DNA of 64,000 nt from Batkoa obscura. Lineage: Eukaryota. The translations under genes were made by a program, and so were the position numbers. Location: positions 124,001 to 188,000 of the forward strand of contig JASVEC010000012.1 in assembly GCA_030770535.1 (NCBI GenBank). Reading direction: 5' to 3'. Below are positions 13,026 to 27,523 of the stretch, in pieces. Below the pieces are notes generated by a model that did no database searches, was not told the DNA's origin, and worked only from the letters and a program-made list of their open reading frames with translations. Within the stretch, counting starts at the first letter, position 1; every line of letters starts with the position of its first letter.

Positions 13026-13699
13026 TGAAGAAAGTCTAAAGTCTAAAAGTGATATATCTAATTAACTTAAAGCTCCATTCAGCTATTTATATATAGGTGT
13101 CCGAGAATTGACAAAATTTTTAGGGGTTAATTAGGAACAAAGTAAACAGGACAAAATTAAATTTTTACCCCTGATTTGGAAGTAAATACAAAATAAATGA
13201 CTTGGTAAAATCATATTACTTAAAATTCCGGTTTATTTTTGATGTACTTTAACATTATATTTGAAATTACTGGTTCTTTATCTTTTTCATGTACGTCACC
13301 TTATTGAATTTATTGGATGATTTATCGACATCATAAAAAGTATAGTTATAGGAATAGGATCATTTTATAGATTACATTATAGTATTTTTGAGTACCTTAA
13401 ATTGTCAAATATTTAAACAGAACCTATACAAAAGGGTATTACAAATCATTATCATGTATCATACATAGATTTTTAAACTTTCACAATAATATAAAAGTAG
13501 AGATAAGAATTTTGAAGAATGAACAAACTTGTTCTTAAACTGGTTTGTTCAATTTTGTGAATTTAAGTTGTAGATATAAAAGTAGCGATAAAAGTTATTT
13601 TAAATAAAGGTAATTTGTATATTCTATATAAAGGAACCTTCCTTATAACACATAACATTAAATGTAATGATATGATTTAATAAAATTCATTCTTAATTT

Positions 13700-14750
13700 A
13701 GCTTTCGAATCATACCTTCATATTATCTAAAGACAAAATTTCTAATTATATTATTAATTTTAAGAATAATAGCGGTTTCTACTCTAATTTACTAATTTTT
13801 TGAAATATGAAGTAAAATTGTTGTCATGCTTTTTATATTCCTACTTTTTTGATTTTGTGGTTTAATTGAAACTCATATATTTCTAATTTGGATTTGAATT
13901 ATCAAAAGTTGAAGCCTTATATAATATTACAGTATCAAGTTTCATGATTTTAAACAATAGGCTAATGTCTACTTTCCTGTTCCTTTAAAAAATGACTTCT
14001 AACATCTTTTAAAGCCTTTTCACACTTAAGTCTTTAAATTTGGGACTATTATACTATCAATTTAATTTATTTTGAAGCTATGATACATTAATCTATATCA
14101 TGAAATAATAATGTTCAAAAAAATCCATTCAAAATTCAAGCCACTAGCTTAATTCTCCTATACATTATTTGGATATAGAATAAGTTATACTTTTAATAGT
14201 TCCAAGTTTTCTGGGTAATGTGAATTTTTACTAATTAATAAATTTATACTAGAAAATATTTTAAATAGTTCTAGATAGAATCAATACTGGGGGTGTTTTT
14301 TTTGGCTTCATCACTTTTTCCATTTTTTAAGCGCTATTTGAGTGGAAAGATTGTTAGTAAAATTCCAAACAAAAAAATATACCCCCACTATTGGGCTTCT
14401 TATATGATACGCTTCAATAATCTTTAATAACTTTCGCTAATTTTTGATTTAATAATAATTTCAATTATTTATATCATAACAACTTTAAATATTATAAAAC
14501 ATAAGGCTTATATGTTACAATAAACAAGCTATCTATGCTATAATATGTTATATTTTTCTAACAAAATTAACTTTTACAATTAAACAGATGATTTGAAATT
14601 ATAGTTTAGCTTTTTCTATTTTCGAAGTAAATAATAGGCTTCTACTTACTTATTTCCATAAAATCTCTTAGCCATATTGTATCTACTATTTCTTAGACTT
14701 TTTAAAATTATATAGTTTACATTATCCTCTAAATGATAGTATGATTGAGC
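13700..14750 (-). pseudogene. Possible highly decayed Ty3/gypsy RT-RNase H remnant
   Basis: Fragmentary translations in the expected order (KLGTIKS..PNNV.GELS*WL; CEKALKDV; TLAY..LIL..AS), with many stops and frameshifts. Boundaries approximate. Confidence 0.3.
14289..14386 (-). mobile_element. MITE family A copy
   Basis: GGGGGTGT...ATACCCCC termini and consensus core. Confidence 0.9.
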
Positions 14751-16048
14751 TTTCTTTAATTTTTTTATATAAAATTTCGTCATTAAATGAAATAAAATGA
14801 AGATTACAATCAAAAAGTTAAATAGGTATAGTTAATAAAAATTCATTTAAACAAAATTAAGTGTGTGTTTTAATAATCTAACTCACGAATTTTAAATTTT
14901 AAGCTACTTAAAAATGGTCAAAATATTGAAACAAAAAAGATACTTCCAAATGGCTTATTAATAAAAAATGATAAATATAATCAAAGGCCATGGTTAAAAA
15001 AAGGGTAATAATAATGAGCTTTTAAAATCAAACTTAGTTTAAAAAGCTATAATTGGGTCTATTTACATTACAAATATAATCCTTGCCAAAATAAATTTGA
15101 TTACTTTACTAACAACTACTTAGTGAAGTAGTCTGTTTTGTAATTATGTTCAAACAAATTTCCACTTCGTTTAAAGTTAACCAGAGCTAGAGTTATCTAC
15201 TCATTTATTGATCAGTTTAGAGATAAAATTTGGTAGCATCTTGTATAAGTACTTGATAAGAAATTGTCACGAATTATTTGATATTATATTAAATATGGGT
15301 GTTTGCCTACTAAACATGATGGCAACCCTTAGAAGTGGCAAGTTTTATTTACATTTTTGCTTTGATTAACTTTCGTGAAAAAATATACAGGTACAACTGT
15401 TTCAACGCTATTTATTGCGAACTAACTATTGATGATTTTTAGAGCCAGTTCTCTGTTTATCTAGTTTATTTAGTTTATTTAAAGCCTAATTTTATAAATT
15501 ATCTAGATTTTGACTGAATTTATTCGAAAATAAACCGTTACATATACTACATTAGAGTTACAGCAATTGCAAACTTATGTACAAACTATCCATATAATTT
15601 CAATAAAAAGCTTATATTTAACAAAGTCATTTTGTATTTATTAGATATAATAATTGGTATTGTCAAACTTAGATATGCTTTTTGTTAACTGCGTTAATGG
15701 GCTATTAACTATATGCCACCAAATAAATAAATATTCAATATTTTAATTTATTAGCATCAATAAATTATTATACGAAGAGCGAATATATTAATACTATTGT
15801 AAAGTGTTTTGATATAATCATAATCAATAATATGTATGGCTATAGATTTAATGTCTATAAGTTTCAATTTTCCAATATTTGATAGAATCATAAAATCTAT
15901 TATATTTTCATGATTTTTTTATTTAAATTAATATGTTAAAAAATGTCAAAATATAATACAATAAAATAGTACGATTTTAAATGCAAAAATAATATTAAAT
16001 AATTAACTTGTTATTTAATGTATTATATATATAATAAAATGCAAATAT

Positions 16049-17792
16049 TTAAAAGTTTTCTAAAAAAACGAATTAGTAAATGAATATAACTAAAAATTTT
16101 AACTTACCTTTTCCAAAATAAAACTTAGTGCCATTTTCATCTGGCTGATTATATTTGTTGGCAGCATTGTTCAACTGAGTAGACAAAATCCTAGGTCCGC
16201 AGAAAAAGACGCCAATATCAGTGGCTGGGTGAATATGACAAAGCCCAGTAAAAAGTTGATCCAAATTGGGACGTCCATAATGAGTCGGAGAACGTAATCC
16301 AGTTACTGCGTCTTGATGACCTTCTTGATCATTAAGGATAATATTTGCTGCTTCATCAGCCTTCAATCTACCAGTTAAATAAGTATGAATTTCTATAAAC
16401 TGCTGAATATCTTCTTCTTCTATAGCCTTCAATAAATCTTGAAACCATTCAAATGCCTACTATATAAATATTTATTTTTAAATGAAACTATATAATAAAT
16501 TACTTCTTTATCTCTACAAATCCATATAAAATATACTTTAGATAGCCTAGTTTTACTTTGGGGATAATTAACACGATACCTAAATTCAGAATAAATATTT
16601 GATTAATTATTCATTAAAAATATTACCATATAGATTTTAAAATCGAAGCAAAAGGAGTTACACCAATGCCAGCACCAACTAAAACGGCTACTTCATATTT
16701 GAACACGTCTTCAGAGGCAGAGCCAAATGGGCCATCCACCATAACTCTAGGCAAAACAGTGGATATGGAACTATTAGCTGTGTCACCATCACCCAAATCA
16801 CAGCCTAAAGATTTAGCCAAAGCAGTAGTAAAATTACCTACTACACGAACGTGCACTGATATATAATCTTCTTCTGGAGCAGACGTTAGTGTGAAAGGAT
16901 GCCATTGATGTAATGATACTGCGGGGCAACATAAAAATATCCATTGCCCAGCTTGTGTTTTTATCCCTTCTTTTTTCATTTGAATTTCTACTACGTTACT
17001 AGGGTGCAATACAACTTTGGATACCACGGTATGTTGGAATCCACGCAACTCTCTCAAAATACGCTCAACTAAATATAAAATTCCAGATAAAATCCAATAT
17101 TTATAAAATGAACCTCCATCTTTACAAAAGGGCGGACCATCTGGTTTTACTAAACAATAAACTCCATGAATCGAAAAACCAAAGAAGTAAACAGCAAATA
17201 GATGATGTGTATACCAAAACACTTCGAAATACTTCATCCTTACTTTGTTTAATGCAGTCGCTACTATTAATATCAATGCGAGTAACATAAGATGACCAGT
17301 CCATCCAGGTCCAGTAACGAAAGAATAAAAGGCCCAAGATGGCCCATTTTCAATTTTAACAGATAATTGGTAAAAGTTTACATAATGAGCGAATGTATGT
17401 AATAAAGAGAAGAATAGGATCGTCCATCCACAAATTTTATGAAATTCGACATTTTGATCAAATGGAATTACTCTTCCTAAAGGAGTAATACGCATTAAAG
17501 ATATCAAATTTCGGCACATAGGTAGCATTATGATTCCAGTATCCACATGTAAGTTGATTGCACTAGCACGAGCTATTGGTAATGTAATCCCTAACAAACC
17601 TCTTGCTACAGTAAACCTTTCGTCATAATAAAATTTTATGAAACCAACGGTAAACATTACAATTTGGGAAATAATCCATAACACGAAAAATATTACTGTC
17701 AAACCTTCATTTACCATCCATTTATCAAGCCTTTGGCGCCAGTTTGGTACAAACAAAGTTGGCTGAGGGTATCTTGCATAAGGATCTAACAT
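16049..17792 (-). CDS. noxA: NADPH oxidase, gp91phox/NoxA type
   Basis: Ferric-reductase TM region with heme His residues (FHK, HTFAH, YTHH), FAD motif HPFTLTS, DGPFG, GAGIGVTPFAS, FFCGP and a spliced C-terminal KENF; 3 introns. Confidence 0.95.
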
Positions 17793-18059
17793 TGCTTTTA
17801 TTAAATAGAAAAAAATAAAAAAATCAATAACATTTTTTTCTTATGGGTTTTGTTTGATTTTAAATAGCGTTATACAACTGTTAATATTATTTGTTTGTTT
17901 TTATTAACAGAAAAATTCCTTGAATTTAGTCTAAATCTGTTAGTTTAATTTTGAACCATTATTTTTAAGTAACTAACAGCATTAAAAATTTAACAATATA
18001 AAATCTATTCAACTACCGTTGCTTTGTGTGTTTGCCCCTTTGATCTTATTTTTTTATAC

Positions 18060-18320
18060 AGCTGTTGCGGTTTTATTGCAATCTAATTAGTGGTGGTTTT
18101 TTGAGATAATTATTTGGGGATGTATTTTTTTGTTTAAGAATTTTACTAACAATTTTTCCGCTCAAATAGCACTTAAAAAATGGAAAAAGCAATGAAACCA
18201 AAAAAACATCCCCATTTACTTATTGGTTTTTCGAAGCCTGACTCTTATATTATAGCTTGATTTTGGCTAACTTTTACGCTTGAATGAATGGTTAATTGTG
18301 TTGTAAGAGAGTTGCAGCAG
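18060..18320. mobile_element. Family B repeat copy interrupted by a family A MITE
   Basis: Aligns to 5287-5443 once 18116-18213 is removed. Confidence 0.5.
18116..18213 (+). mobile_element. MITE family A copy, near consensus
   Basis: GGGGATGT/ACATCCCC TIR; ATTT/ATTT TSD. Confidence 0.93.
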
Positions 18321-19798
18321 CAGTAATCACTTTCCTCATGCTCTGCGAATAAACCAGATCTTATTAAGTAAGTAATTGGACTATCTTAATAAACTTACAT
18401 TTTTTTGAAAAATGTTTAAAACTCTGGTGGTTTAACAATTATAAGCAAGAAACATTTAAAACTAAACAAAGTACTACAAATTTCTAGTATTTTGCTCAGT
18501 TTTTGTTTGCAGTTGCCAACGGTTGGAGTTTTAGACATTTTTCAAAAAGCTGTGTTGGTTTTTTATAAAGACAATGCCCTAAAATTAAAACAATTTAGTT
18601 TAAGATCTTTTTAACATTACTGTCAATCTAGAAAATAATGTTTAAAGCTATTTAGTCACTGTTTTCATTTTATCAAAATGTTTATTGTGAGTTTAATTTT
18701 AACTCAAATGGAATTTGTCTTTAATGAAATATTTTTATACTTACTTTTTCCAAGTAAACATGAATTTTTTGATAAAGACGTTGAGCTAGACTTATAAATT
18801 TATCTAATTTATAACAAAATACTCTTCTCTGATATTTTAAGTACTTTAGCATTTTGCTTTTCAATATAGTCACTCATATACTTATTAGTTATTATATCTA
18901 TATAATCTATTATTATCGTATTTTATTATGATTACTTTGATCGTTTATGTGTAAATCGTCTGATATTTATAAAAAAATTCAATTTGGTTCTATTTAATTC
19001 AATGTGACTATAGATTATTGCTTTTATTACTAATACAACAAACTTTAAACAACTATAATTAGTATAGTTTAAAAATTAATCAAACTTGTATTATGCTGCT
19101 TTTTTATAAGCTTGTATTAGACTAATATGAGATAATTTAAACAAAATCAAGCTTAAAAATATAAGCTATTTTTTATCAAAACAAGGATAGCTACTGCACC
19201 TGAGAGATATATTTTATTTTAAAATTATAAGAGCTCAAAAGCTGAATATTAAACTCCAAAACAAAAAAGTACCGCAGTAGCCATTTTAGCTTAGACTTAG
19301 TGCTCTTACAGTGTTAACTAAATGTAATTTGTAGTTGTTTTAAAATCCTTGTAAGTTAACCCTAGTGATTTATTAGTCAAAATAAAAATTAATCAAGTGG
19401 TGATAAATAGAAAGGCCTTGGATAGACTGGTCCAAGGAAACGTTTAGAAAATAATTTAAGAAACGCTTAACAAGGAATTTTATACAATTTTATTTATCTA
19501 TTTTCATATTCTTAATTTGACTAAAATGGACATTGTAATTTATGTTTTGAGTATTGATTTAAATACTGCATATTTTGCGTTTTTATAAGGAGGTGTATTT
19601 ATGCTGAAGTTTTTTATTTGTTATAGTTGTATTTTTATCCAATTTTGAAACCCCATAAAAAACTTTGGCATAAATACACTTATATTAATTTGACTATTTT
19701 CATTTGTCTTATGATTCTAACAAAAATTAAATTTATTACCAAGAATTAAAATCTTTTGAATTATTTTTGTTGTAAAATTCAATTGAAAAAGGAACAAG

Positions 19799-22303
19799 AT
19801 GACTAGGTTAACCAAATTCCAGAAAGTACAGCTAATAAAAGTAAATATAATCCAAAAACAAGAGTCAATATTTACCTTTGATATAGGAAATGGAAAGAAC
19901 TATACCAGTGTATTTAGTTGTTAATTTAAAAAATGTCATAAGGGAGATAAATTCGAATTATAGTACAAATTTTCTTTCGACGGGATTAAAGAAAGAGCTT
20001 GTAGAAAGAATTCTTGAGTACTATAAAAGTTTTGTAGAGACTGAACCTCACGCCAGTGTTATGGAATTAAGGAAAATAATTAAAGACCAAGGTCCCAATG
20101 TGTAAGTTTGGAATTGTTTTTTAGTATTTAATAATTATTTTAAAATAGGAATCCTCCTATCAATTATCATCACAATAATCTATCAAGTGTAAACAATGGA
20201 GCTCAACAACCTATAAGGCCACAGTACCAAGGCTATTTAAACCCTCCAATGAAAATTACATCTAAACCAAGCCCAATTAATGGTAAGATATAGCTGAATA
20301 TATTATTAATAGCTCATTTTCTTTTAGTTTTTAGACTAAGTCCTTCGCAGCTCAACTCATTTAAAAATACTGTATTTTATTCTTTAATAAATCCAGTTGA
20401 TCCTCATACATTTTGTCCTAGTAAGCAATTAGTTGAAAATGAAATTCAAGTGCTAATAGATTCACTTTTGAAGGTAATAGCGATAGACATTCCGTCGTTT
20501 TTCAAATCAAGCTTAATGATGAGATGATCAAATTTCTATCGTAAGTATCTACAATTTCAAGAAACATATTATTTATTCCGATTATAGAACTCCTGGAGAT
20601 AATTACAAGCCTGGGATAAAGCTTTTATGTGCTCAAGTTTCTGATTTCTCTCCCATGACACAAACATCTAATTGTACAAAAGTTAGCCTAAAGTATCCTC
20701 ATGTATCCGAGCTTTATGTAAATGGAACCAAGATTGCTTCAGTAATATTTAGTTAGCAAGTCTCATAATCACTTTAACCTTTATAGAATATTAGAGGTAA
20801 AAAAAACAAAGCAGATTCTGTACGCGCCCCAGATTTAAACCCATACCTTAAATTGGTATCTGGATTCGGGAACCATATTGAGTTAATTTATATGAATTTA
20901 TCTGAGGTTTTTACATTTAATATTATAAAAAATAGTCTAACAATAGTAGTCTCTGGTAATGGTACCGTTTTTAGTAAAAAATATTAACATCGATTCAATT
21001 ATCAAAGACATAGTAGAAAAAAAATCAATGAGTAAAGAAAAGGTTTTCCAACAATGTAAGATAATAATAAAATTTATATAGCCATTACTAATTGTTAAAG
21101 TGTTTAATAAAAAAGAAGATGACATTGAAGCAACGGTCGAACTCTCACTTAGATGTCCGGTAATTAAAAATAACCAAATAATTTAGAAACCAATTTAATA
21201 TATAAAAGCTTTTATTTAATAGAATCAAAGAACCATTCCGTTCTAAAAATTGTGTGCATGCTCAGTGCTTTGATGCTTATAATTTTCTAGAAATGAATGA
21301 ACAAATGGAAACATGGGAGTGTCCAGTTTGTCAAAAATATATAAATCCCTGGGAAGATTTCATTAGAGACAATTTTTTCATGGAAATACTGCAAAACACT
21401 CCAGAAGATGCTGAAAGTGTTTTCTTGGAGCCTAATGGCGCTTGGTCTTTAAAAACAGATAAGAAATCGGATGACAAAAGGACATCTTCAAAGGCCCTAC
21501 TAGAAGAAATTACTGTTGAAAAAAAGGCTTATATTGAAGAAGTAGACTTGTTATCGTCATCTGACCCTTCATGTAGTGGGCGCGATATCGAAAATAACCA
21601 AACTAATAATTTGGTTCTACCTGGAGAATTCCCGGCCCCTGAAAATAATCCAGTCGATACAATAATTGACCTTACCTTAAGTGATGATGAAACAGGGCTC
21701 GACCCTCCTTCAGTTAATGCTGGCCAAAGTAATACACCGAGTAAGATAAATGGACACGAAGAAAATATAGCTCAGGAAGTTGGTACATCTAATATTTTAA
21801 AAAATGACACACCTTCTAAAATTCCTAGGAGGGCAACAACGCCAGAGCTTTTTTCAAATTCTTACGTTAATGTCACAGGGGATTCGTTCAGCACTGTTGA
21901 ACAGGGTCTTCAAACAAGTGTAAACCAGAATACGAGTACATTACAAACAATCACACGGCAACTCTACCCACAAAACACCTCAAATACCTATAATGTACCC
22001 AATAATGGCTTTAGTACCTATTATACTCCCAACATTCAGTATCAGCTACAACCAAGGCCCAATTATATGAAGTATAGTAATCACAATACATATACCCCGC
22101 ATCAACCAAGTGGTTACAATGGTAGCTATACCATGGCACCAATACAAAGCAGGTACACTAGGATCATACCGACTGCAGCTCCTCTTATCAATCAATATGT
22201 AAAGAATAAGGAAACATTTTATAATGATCGTCCTCCCCAAAACTCTACTTATCCACCACAGCCTCCAAGTTCTAATCCATATACAGCAACCAGGGACCTT
22301 TAA
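19799..22303 (+). CDS. SIZ1: Siz/PIAS-type SUMO E3 ligase (SAP, PINIT, SP-RING, SIMs)
   Basis: SAP-like VVNLKNVIREIN..STGLKKELVERI; SP-RING SLRCP..RIKEPFRSKNCVHAQCFDA..WECPVC; SIM-like EEVDLLSSSD and IIDLTLSDDE; about 8 short introns. Start codon inferred. Confidence 0.9.
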
Positions 22304-22964
22304 TTTGACATCTAATAATTATTTACTTAAGTCTTTTATTCTAATATCTTAAACTCTATCTCAATCAAAAGTAAAATATGCGCTTTATAGATTTATACTG
22401 TATAGTTTTTTCTCTTTATCAATATTTCTAAAATTAATGTTAAACAATCGATACATTTACTATAGACTTACACCTAATATCATTTTTTGACGTCTAAAAA
22501 GAATAGGGTGCTTTGCTTGTTTAAACTGTATTCTTTATAGTTCATATTATATATTATACAATAAGGAACTAGGATAGTTTAAATAGCTTGTTGAAATTCA
22601 GTCTTTCACAAATTTTTATATTTTAAAATTATAAATTATTTTTAATAGTAGTTAAAAAACAACCAAAAGTCGTAAAAACAAGTTGGTCTTTTTATTTAAT
22701 ATAGGTTCTAAATTTTATTAAGTTTTATTATAGTGCAATATTTATTATAATATTTTGGAATTTAAATTTTTACGTAAAACATGTTAATATTGAACATTAA
22801 ATCAAATACAAACAATCAATAGTTTAGTTGGATTTTAAAACCATTGGTTAAAAAAATTGCTCTACTAATTATTAAAGATACAATAGTATCAATAATCACA
22901 AAATTTATTTTCTTGATAATTTTTTGTCAAAAACAAAAATAAATAACTATAAATACAGACATAT

Positions 22965-23063
22965 GGGGGTGTTTTTTTTGGCTTCATTATTTTTTACATT
23001 TTTTAAGCACTATTTGAGTGGAAAGATTATTAGTAAAAATTTTAAACAAAAAAATACATCCAC
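22965..23063 (-). mobile_element. MITE family A copy abutting the large transposon's left end
   Basis: ATAT/ATAT TSD; the second ATAT is directly followed by the large element's TIR. Confidence 0.9.
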
Positions 23064-23416
23064 ATATGGGGATGTCCGAATTGGTTTCAGAATTTAGTTA
23101 AAAATTAATCCAATTTTAAGTTTTTAAATTTATGTCTTTAATGTATGATTAGCTAAATTTAAAAAGCTTAAAATTAAATATAAATTTAACTTAAAAGACT
23201 TATTTTAATTCTTTTACTCTTTTTAAATTTTAAATTTTTTTAATTGTATGTTTTATATTATTTCTATTAAACGTTTAATAGATATAGAATATACAATACA
23301 TATATACATAGCTATTTGGCTTTACTTTTTATTAAAGTAAAAACAAAATGCAAGCTTTTTGACTAAACTTCGAAATGGAATTTCTAAAAATTTTAACACA
23401 ATAGGGAGAAGCACAC

Positions 23417-23874
23417 TGTGAAATATTGTTTTATCAGCTCTCGGATTGATTATAAGATAATAATCATTTGACTTGTTTACGAAGCTAGTGGTAGTCTTGT
23501 AATCAATTTGACCGTAAATCATGTGGTATAATCGATCCAGAGTTCCTTGTTTTGATTTGCTGTGAGAATTTCTAACTTCACATTGCAAAGAATATAAAAG
23601 AGATTCTTGAACATGATAACTTGAAGCTTTTAACTGAATTACTCCCTAATATCGTACCATTAATAAAGTCACTAAGTCTTTCTGACAACACCTTACATAG
23701 ATTTTACGGTAGTATCTTCTATTATATTTGTTTTGCATAATTCGTAACTTATTACGTATTATTCTTATTCATTTAAGTCTATCTTAGTTATATAAACTAA
23801 GACCGTTCGACTCAAGGCAAGTTAATCAACCAAGAACTGCTTTTAACTCCTACTACTGAGTACCAACTTTCACA
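23417..23874 (-). mobile_element. Solo-LTR-like element nested in the transposon
   Basis: Reverse complement of the 25388/39733 family; TGTGAAA/TTTCACA ends; no clear TSD. Confidence 0.8.
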
Positions 23875-25387
23875 AAAGGAAACAGGAAATAAAAACCAAC
23901 AAGTAGCATTATTATCAACTATAGCTTCAGTATATTCTTTTGATGAATGTAAAAGTTTTGGATTTAATATAAGTAGAGATTAATATAATTATTTTTGAAT
24001 AATTAATAACGATAAAATACCAGCATTATAACCTATTATTAAAAATACAAAAAAAATCAACGAGCAAATTAAAATTATTATACAATATTTACTTAATAAT
24101 TCAACTATTTCATCAAGATTTAATTAAAAAAAAATAATGATAATAAATATTCATCAGATAATGTATATATATTAAATAAAAGTAAAAAAATGATATATAG
24201 TAAATATTTTAATGATTTAAAAGATAAAGCAGTAGCTAGGTCAACATTTTTTAAATATATACCAAATAATTTTAAAAATCCAGCAAGAAAAACAGATTTA
24301 TGTAATATATGTGCCCAGTATACAGTTAGAAAAAAGTTGTTTGAAAATAAAACAAATACAGCGACAAAAAATAAAGCAGAGATAGAGGAATATTTTAATA
24401 AAGAAAAAAGGTTATATAAATTACATGAATTCTGTGTTGATACTCAAAAAAACATACTTAATGAAACTATTGAAAAATTAAATAACAAAAGTTGTATAAT
24501 AATTTTAGACTTTAAACAAAATATGGAAATAGGAACAAGACCAGATCCAATAAACCTAGATCATTATAATAAACAAGCCATATCAGTATTAAAGTTTGGC
24601 GTTTTGTATTTGAAAAATGATAAAACAACAGGCAAAGTTTATTTTGATTATTTATCTGAAATATTAAATCATGATTCAGCATATGCAGGAGATTGTTTAA
24701 TTGATTTAATATCTAAAGAGCCTTTGTTTAAAAAGTTTACAAAAATTAATATATGGGCAGATACAGGATATCATTTTAAATCTCAAGAGTTTTTACACTA
24801 TATATTTGAAGAAATTTACAAAATAAATAGTAGTTTAGATATTGATCTTAATTTTTTTGCTGAGCATCATGAAAAAAGTATAGTTGACGGACATTTTGGA
24901 AATCCCTTACAATGAAAAAATAGTTTTGAAGCATTAGGTAAAATAGAAGATATTAATCAATTAATTTCAAAATTTGAGATTTTTATTTTTGAACATAATA
25001 GAATTAATAACTCAACTGTCAATAATGGGAAAACATGAGGATGTTTTTTTTGGTTTCATTACTTTTTCCATTTTTAAGCGCTATTTGAGCGGAAAAATTG
25101 TTAGTAAAATTCTTAAAAAAAAAATATCCCCATATATAATTTTCAAAAAAGTACGAGAAAAACAAAAACATAATAAAAACAATAGAAATACAAGGTATCA
25201 AAAAGTGTTTACATTTTATCAAACGTGATAATAAACTACACTGTTATCCAGTATCTGATAGATCAAAAAAAAGCGATATAATTACAATTAAAGTTATAGA
25301 GTCTATAGAGAATACAAAAATTAAAAGATCAACCCCAGCTTATCTTACAAAAATAACTGAAAACTTAAAAGTTTCAATATTTGGTAA
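23875..25387 (+). pseudogene. Disrupted transposase (core ORF 24190-24915)
   Basis: Cys motif TDLCNIC; acidic triad in IILDFKQN, IWADTGYHFKS and FFAEHHEKSIVDGHFG; premature TGA at 24913, frameshifts, and MITE/LTR insertions. Confidence 0.8.
25037..25131 (-). mobile_element. MITE family A copy inside the transposase
   Basis: Consensus match; the homologous site in the 8830-10520 copy is empty. Confidence 0.9.
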
Positions 25388-25866
25388 TGTGAAAGTTGAT
25401 ACTCAGTGGTCGGAGTTAAAAGCAGTTCTTGGTTGATTAACTTGCCTTGAGTCGAACGGTCTTAGTTTATATAACTAAGATAGACTTAAATGAATAAGAA
25501 TAATACGTAATAAGTTACGAATTATGCAAAACAAATATAATAGAAGATACTACCGTAAAATCTATGTAAGATGTTGTCAGGAAGACTTAGTGACTTTATT
25601 AATGATACGTTATCAGGAAGTAATTCAATTAAAAAGCCTCGAGTTAGTATGTTAAAAGATCTCTTTTATACTCCAACTGGGTAGCTATATAAGAAACATG
25701 GTAACAGCTATTTCTTATTATAGTTGCCAAGTATGGACATTAAAACGTGGGCAATAAGTTCTTCATGATCAAGTGGTAGCAATTCTCACAGCAAATCTAT
25801 ATAAGGGACTCTGAATTGATTATTATACTATAATCAATCCTAGAGCTAATGAAGCGATATTTCACA
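25388..25866 (+). mobile_element. Solo-LTR-like element
   Basis: TGTGAAA...TTTCACA ends; GTAA/GTAA TSD; 479 bp; no long ORF. Confidence 0.85.
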
Positions 25867-27219
25867 GTAAACAAGTAGTTTATTAAATTATAGAAATCAG
25901 TTACTAAATGTTGATATTACTTGAATTGTTAATAGCTAAGTCAATAAATAGTTAAAGAGCAAGTAATTGTAATAATAAATATAAACTATTATTATACTGC
26001 TTGTAGTACATACGGATGGTTAACTATGTTTTTGGGGCTAACCACTCCCTCCCATGCAGCTGTTTGTTAACTTAGTGATATATTAATAATGTAATTATAA
26101 TATTAAAATTGTTTATTTATTTGATACCAAATCTGCAATGTTGGCTATAAAGCAGTCAATAGTAAATATTTCCCAATGAGGTTTTATGGAAATATGTATT
26201 TACTTACATACTACAACTTTAACTAATATCAATATATAGGCTATATTAGTAAAAGCCTTACTAATCCGGGGATTTGTACTAAATCGGGTACTTTTGGTTT
26301 TTAATAAAAAATTTATTTCTACAGAATTTTAAGCAGTTTTTAAAACATAAAATATTTAAAAATTGGATAAAAAAATGAAATCAATTCGGACATCCCTAAA
26401 TCTACATTTAAAAGTCACCACTCTTTTATTTAATTGTCACCTTTTAAACCATTAATATTACAATTTAAGTTTGTTTTTGAATTTTACTCCAGAAGTAGGA
26501 ATGAACTAAACTAGAAAGTGTGATTGGGCAAAACAACCTAAATGAAAATAGTAATAGTCAATCTCAATAATTACTATTTTTAGGAATAAACCTTAAGAGT
26601 TAAAGTATTAGTTAATCAAATTGGAAATACCAATTTAAGCACGATAATTAAATCTTCGTCTAAATCAAATAAGTTAGGATGATCTAATTAAAATACTCTA
26701 ACATGATAATAACTTACTTTTCATCAATATACTTCATAAAGTATATATAAACAACTAATAATAGTAATAATAAATAAAGGATTAGGAACCATTTAAATAA
26801 CAATATAATATTATTTCCTTCCTATTTATTAAATAAATTAAATTTATAGCTCCAACTAGTATTCCGCGAAAGCTGACTTATTTCAAAGATAATGACCAGG
26901 TTTCTTTGAATATCACGTTTATGATTTTAAAAAGTAAACAAACTTTATTCGTTGTATTAGTCATGAAGTATATCTCAATTTAAAAATTTATTAATTTAGT
27001 ACAAATATGGCGTTTGATGGCTTCTAAGAAACTTAAATGTTGAACCACTTTGTTAAATTTACAATTGTGAATTACAACTCCTATCACTCTTAGATTGATC
27101 AATTTTAAACCATTATAGCTACCTGTGCCAGAAATATGGTAAATATTAATTTTATACATATAAGTTGACTTCGATTTATACCACACATTCATAAATAGTT
27201 TAAATAATTTTGCTTATAT

Positions 27220-27317
27220 GGGGATGTATTTTTATGTTTAAGAATTTTGCTAACAATTTTTCCGCTCAAATAGCGCTCAAAAAATGGAAAAAGTAATGAA
27301 ACAAAAAAAACACCCCC
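27220..27317 (+). mobile_element. MITE family A copy
   Basis: Consensus match; ATAT/ATAT TSD. Confidence 0.92.
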
Positions 27318-27523
27318 ATATGTCTTTTGTTATATCATGTTGACTAACATTCTATTTTACAAAAAAAGTTTAAAATATTTGGTTTGATATTACCTATCCT
27401 TAATTTTCCAAATCAAATACTAAGCAGCGGTATGTATTTACTTTTGCATAATTTTAATTAAAGTTCCTATTTATAAACAAATATACCTTATAAATCAATA
27501 GATAAAACAAATAAACTATGACA

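Larger units (their letters stand above)
23068..26397 (+). mobile_element. Full-length, decayed TIR DNA transposon (Sola-like DDD transposase)
   Basis: TIRs GGGGATGTCCGAATTGGTTTCA (23068) and TGAAATCAATTCGGACATCCCT (ending 26397); ATAT/AAAT flanks; internal transposase remnant. Confidence 0.85.

Noticed and set aside
23417..25866. Two LTR copies flanking the transposase as one retroelement
   Set aside because: They are in opposite orientation, one has its own TSD, and the enclosed DNA belongs to the TIR transposon.
26450..27215. Possible retroelement remnant (CKFNKVVQHLSF..EAIK)
   Set aside because: Too degenerate to support without a profile search.
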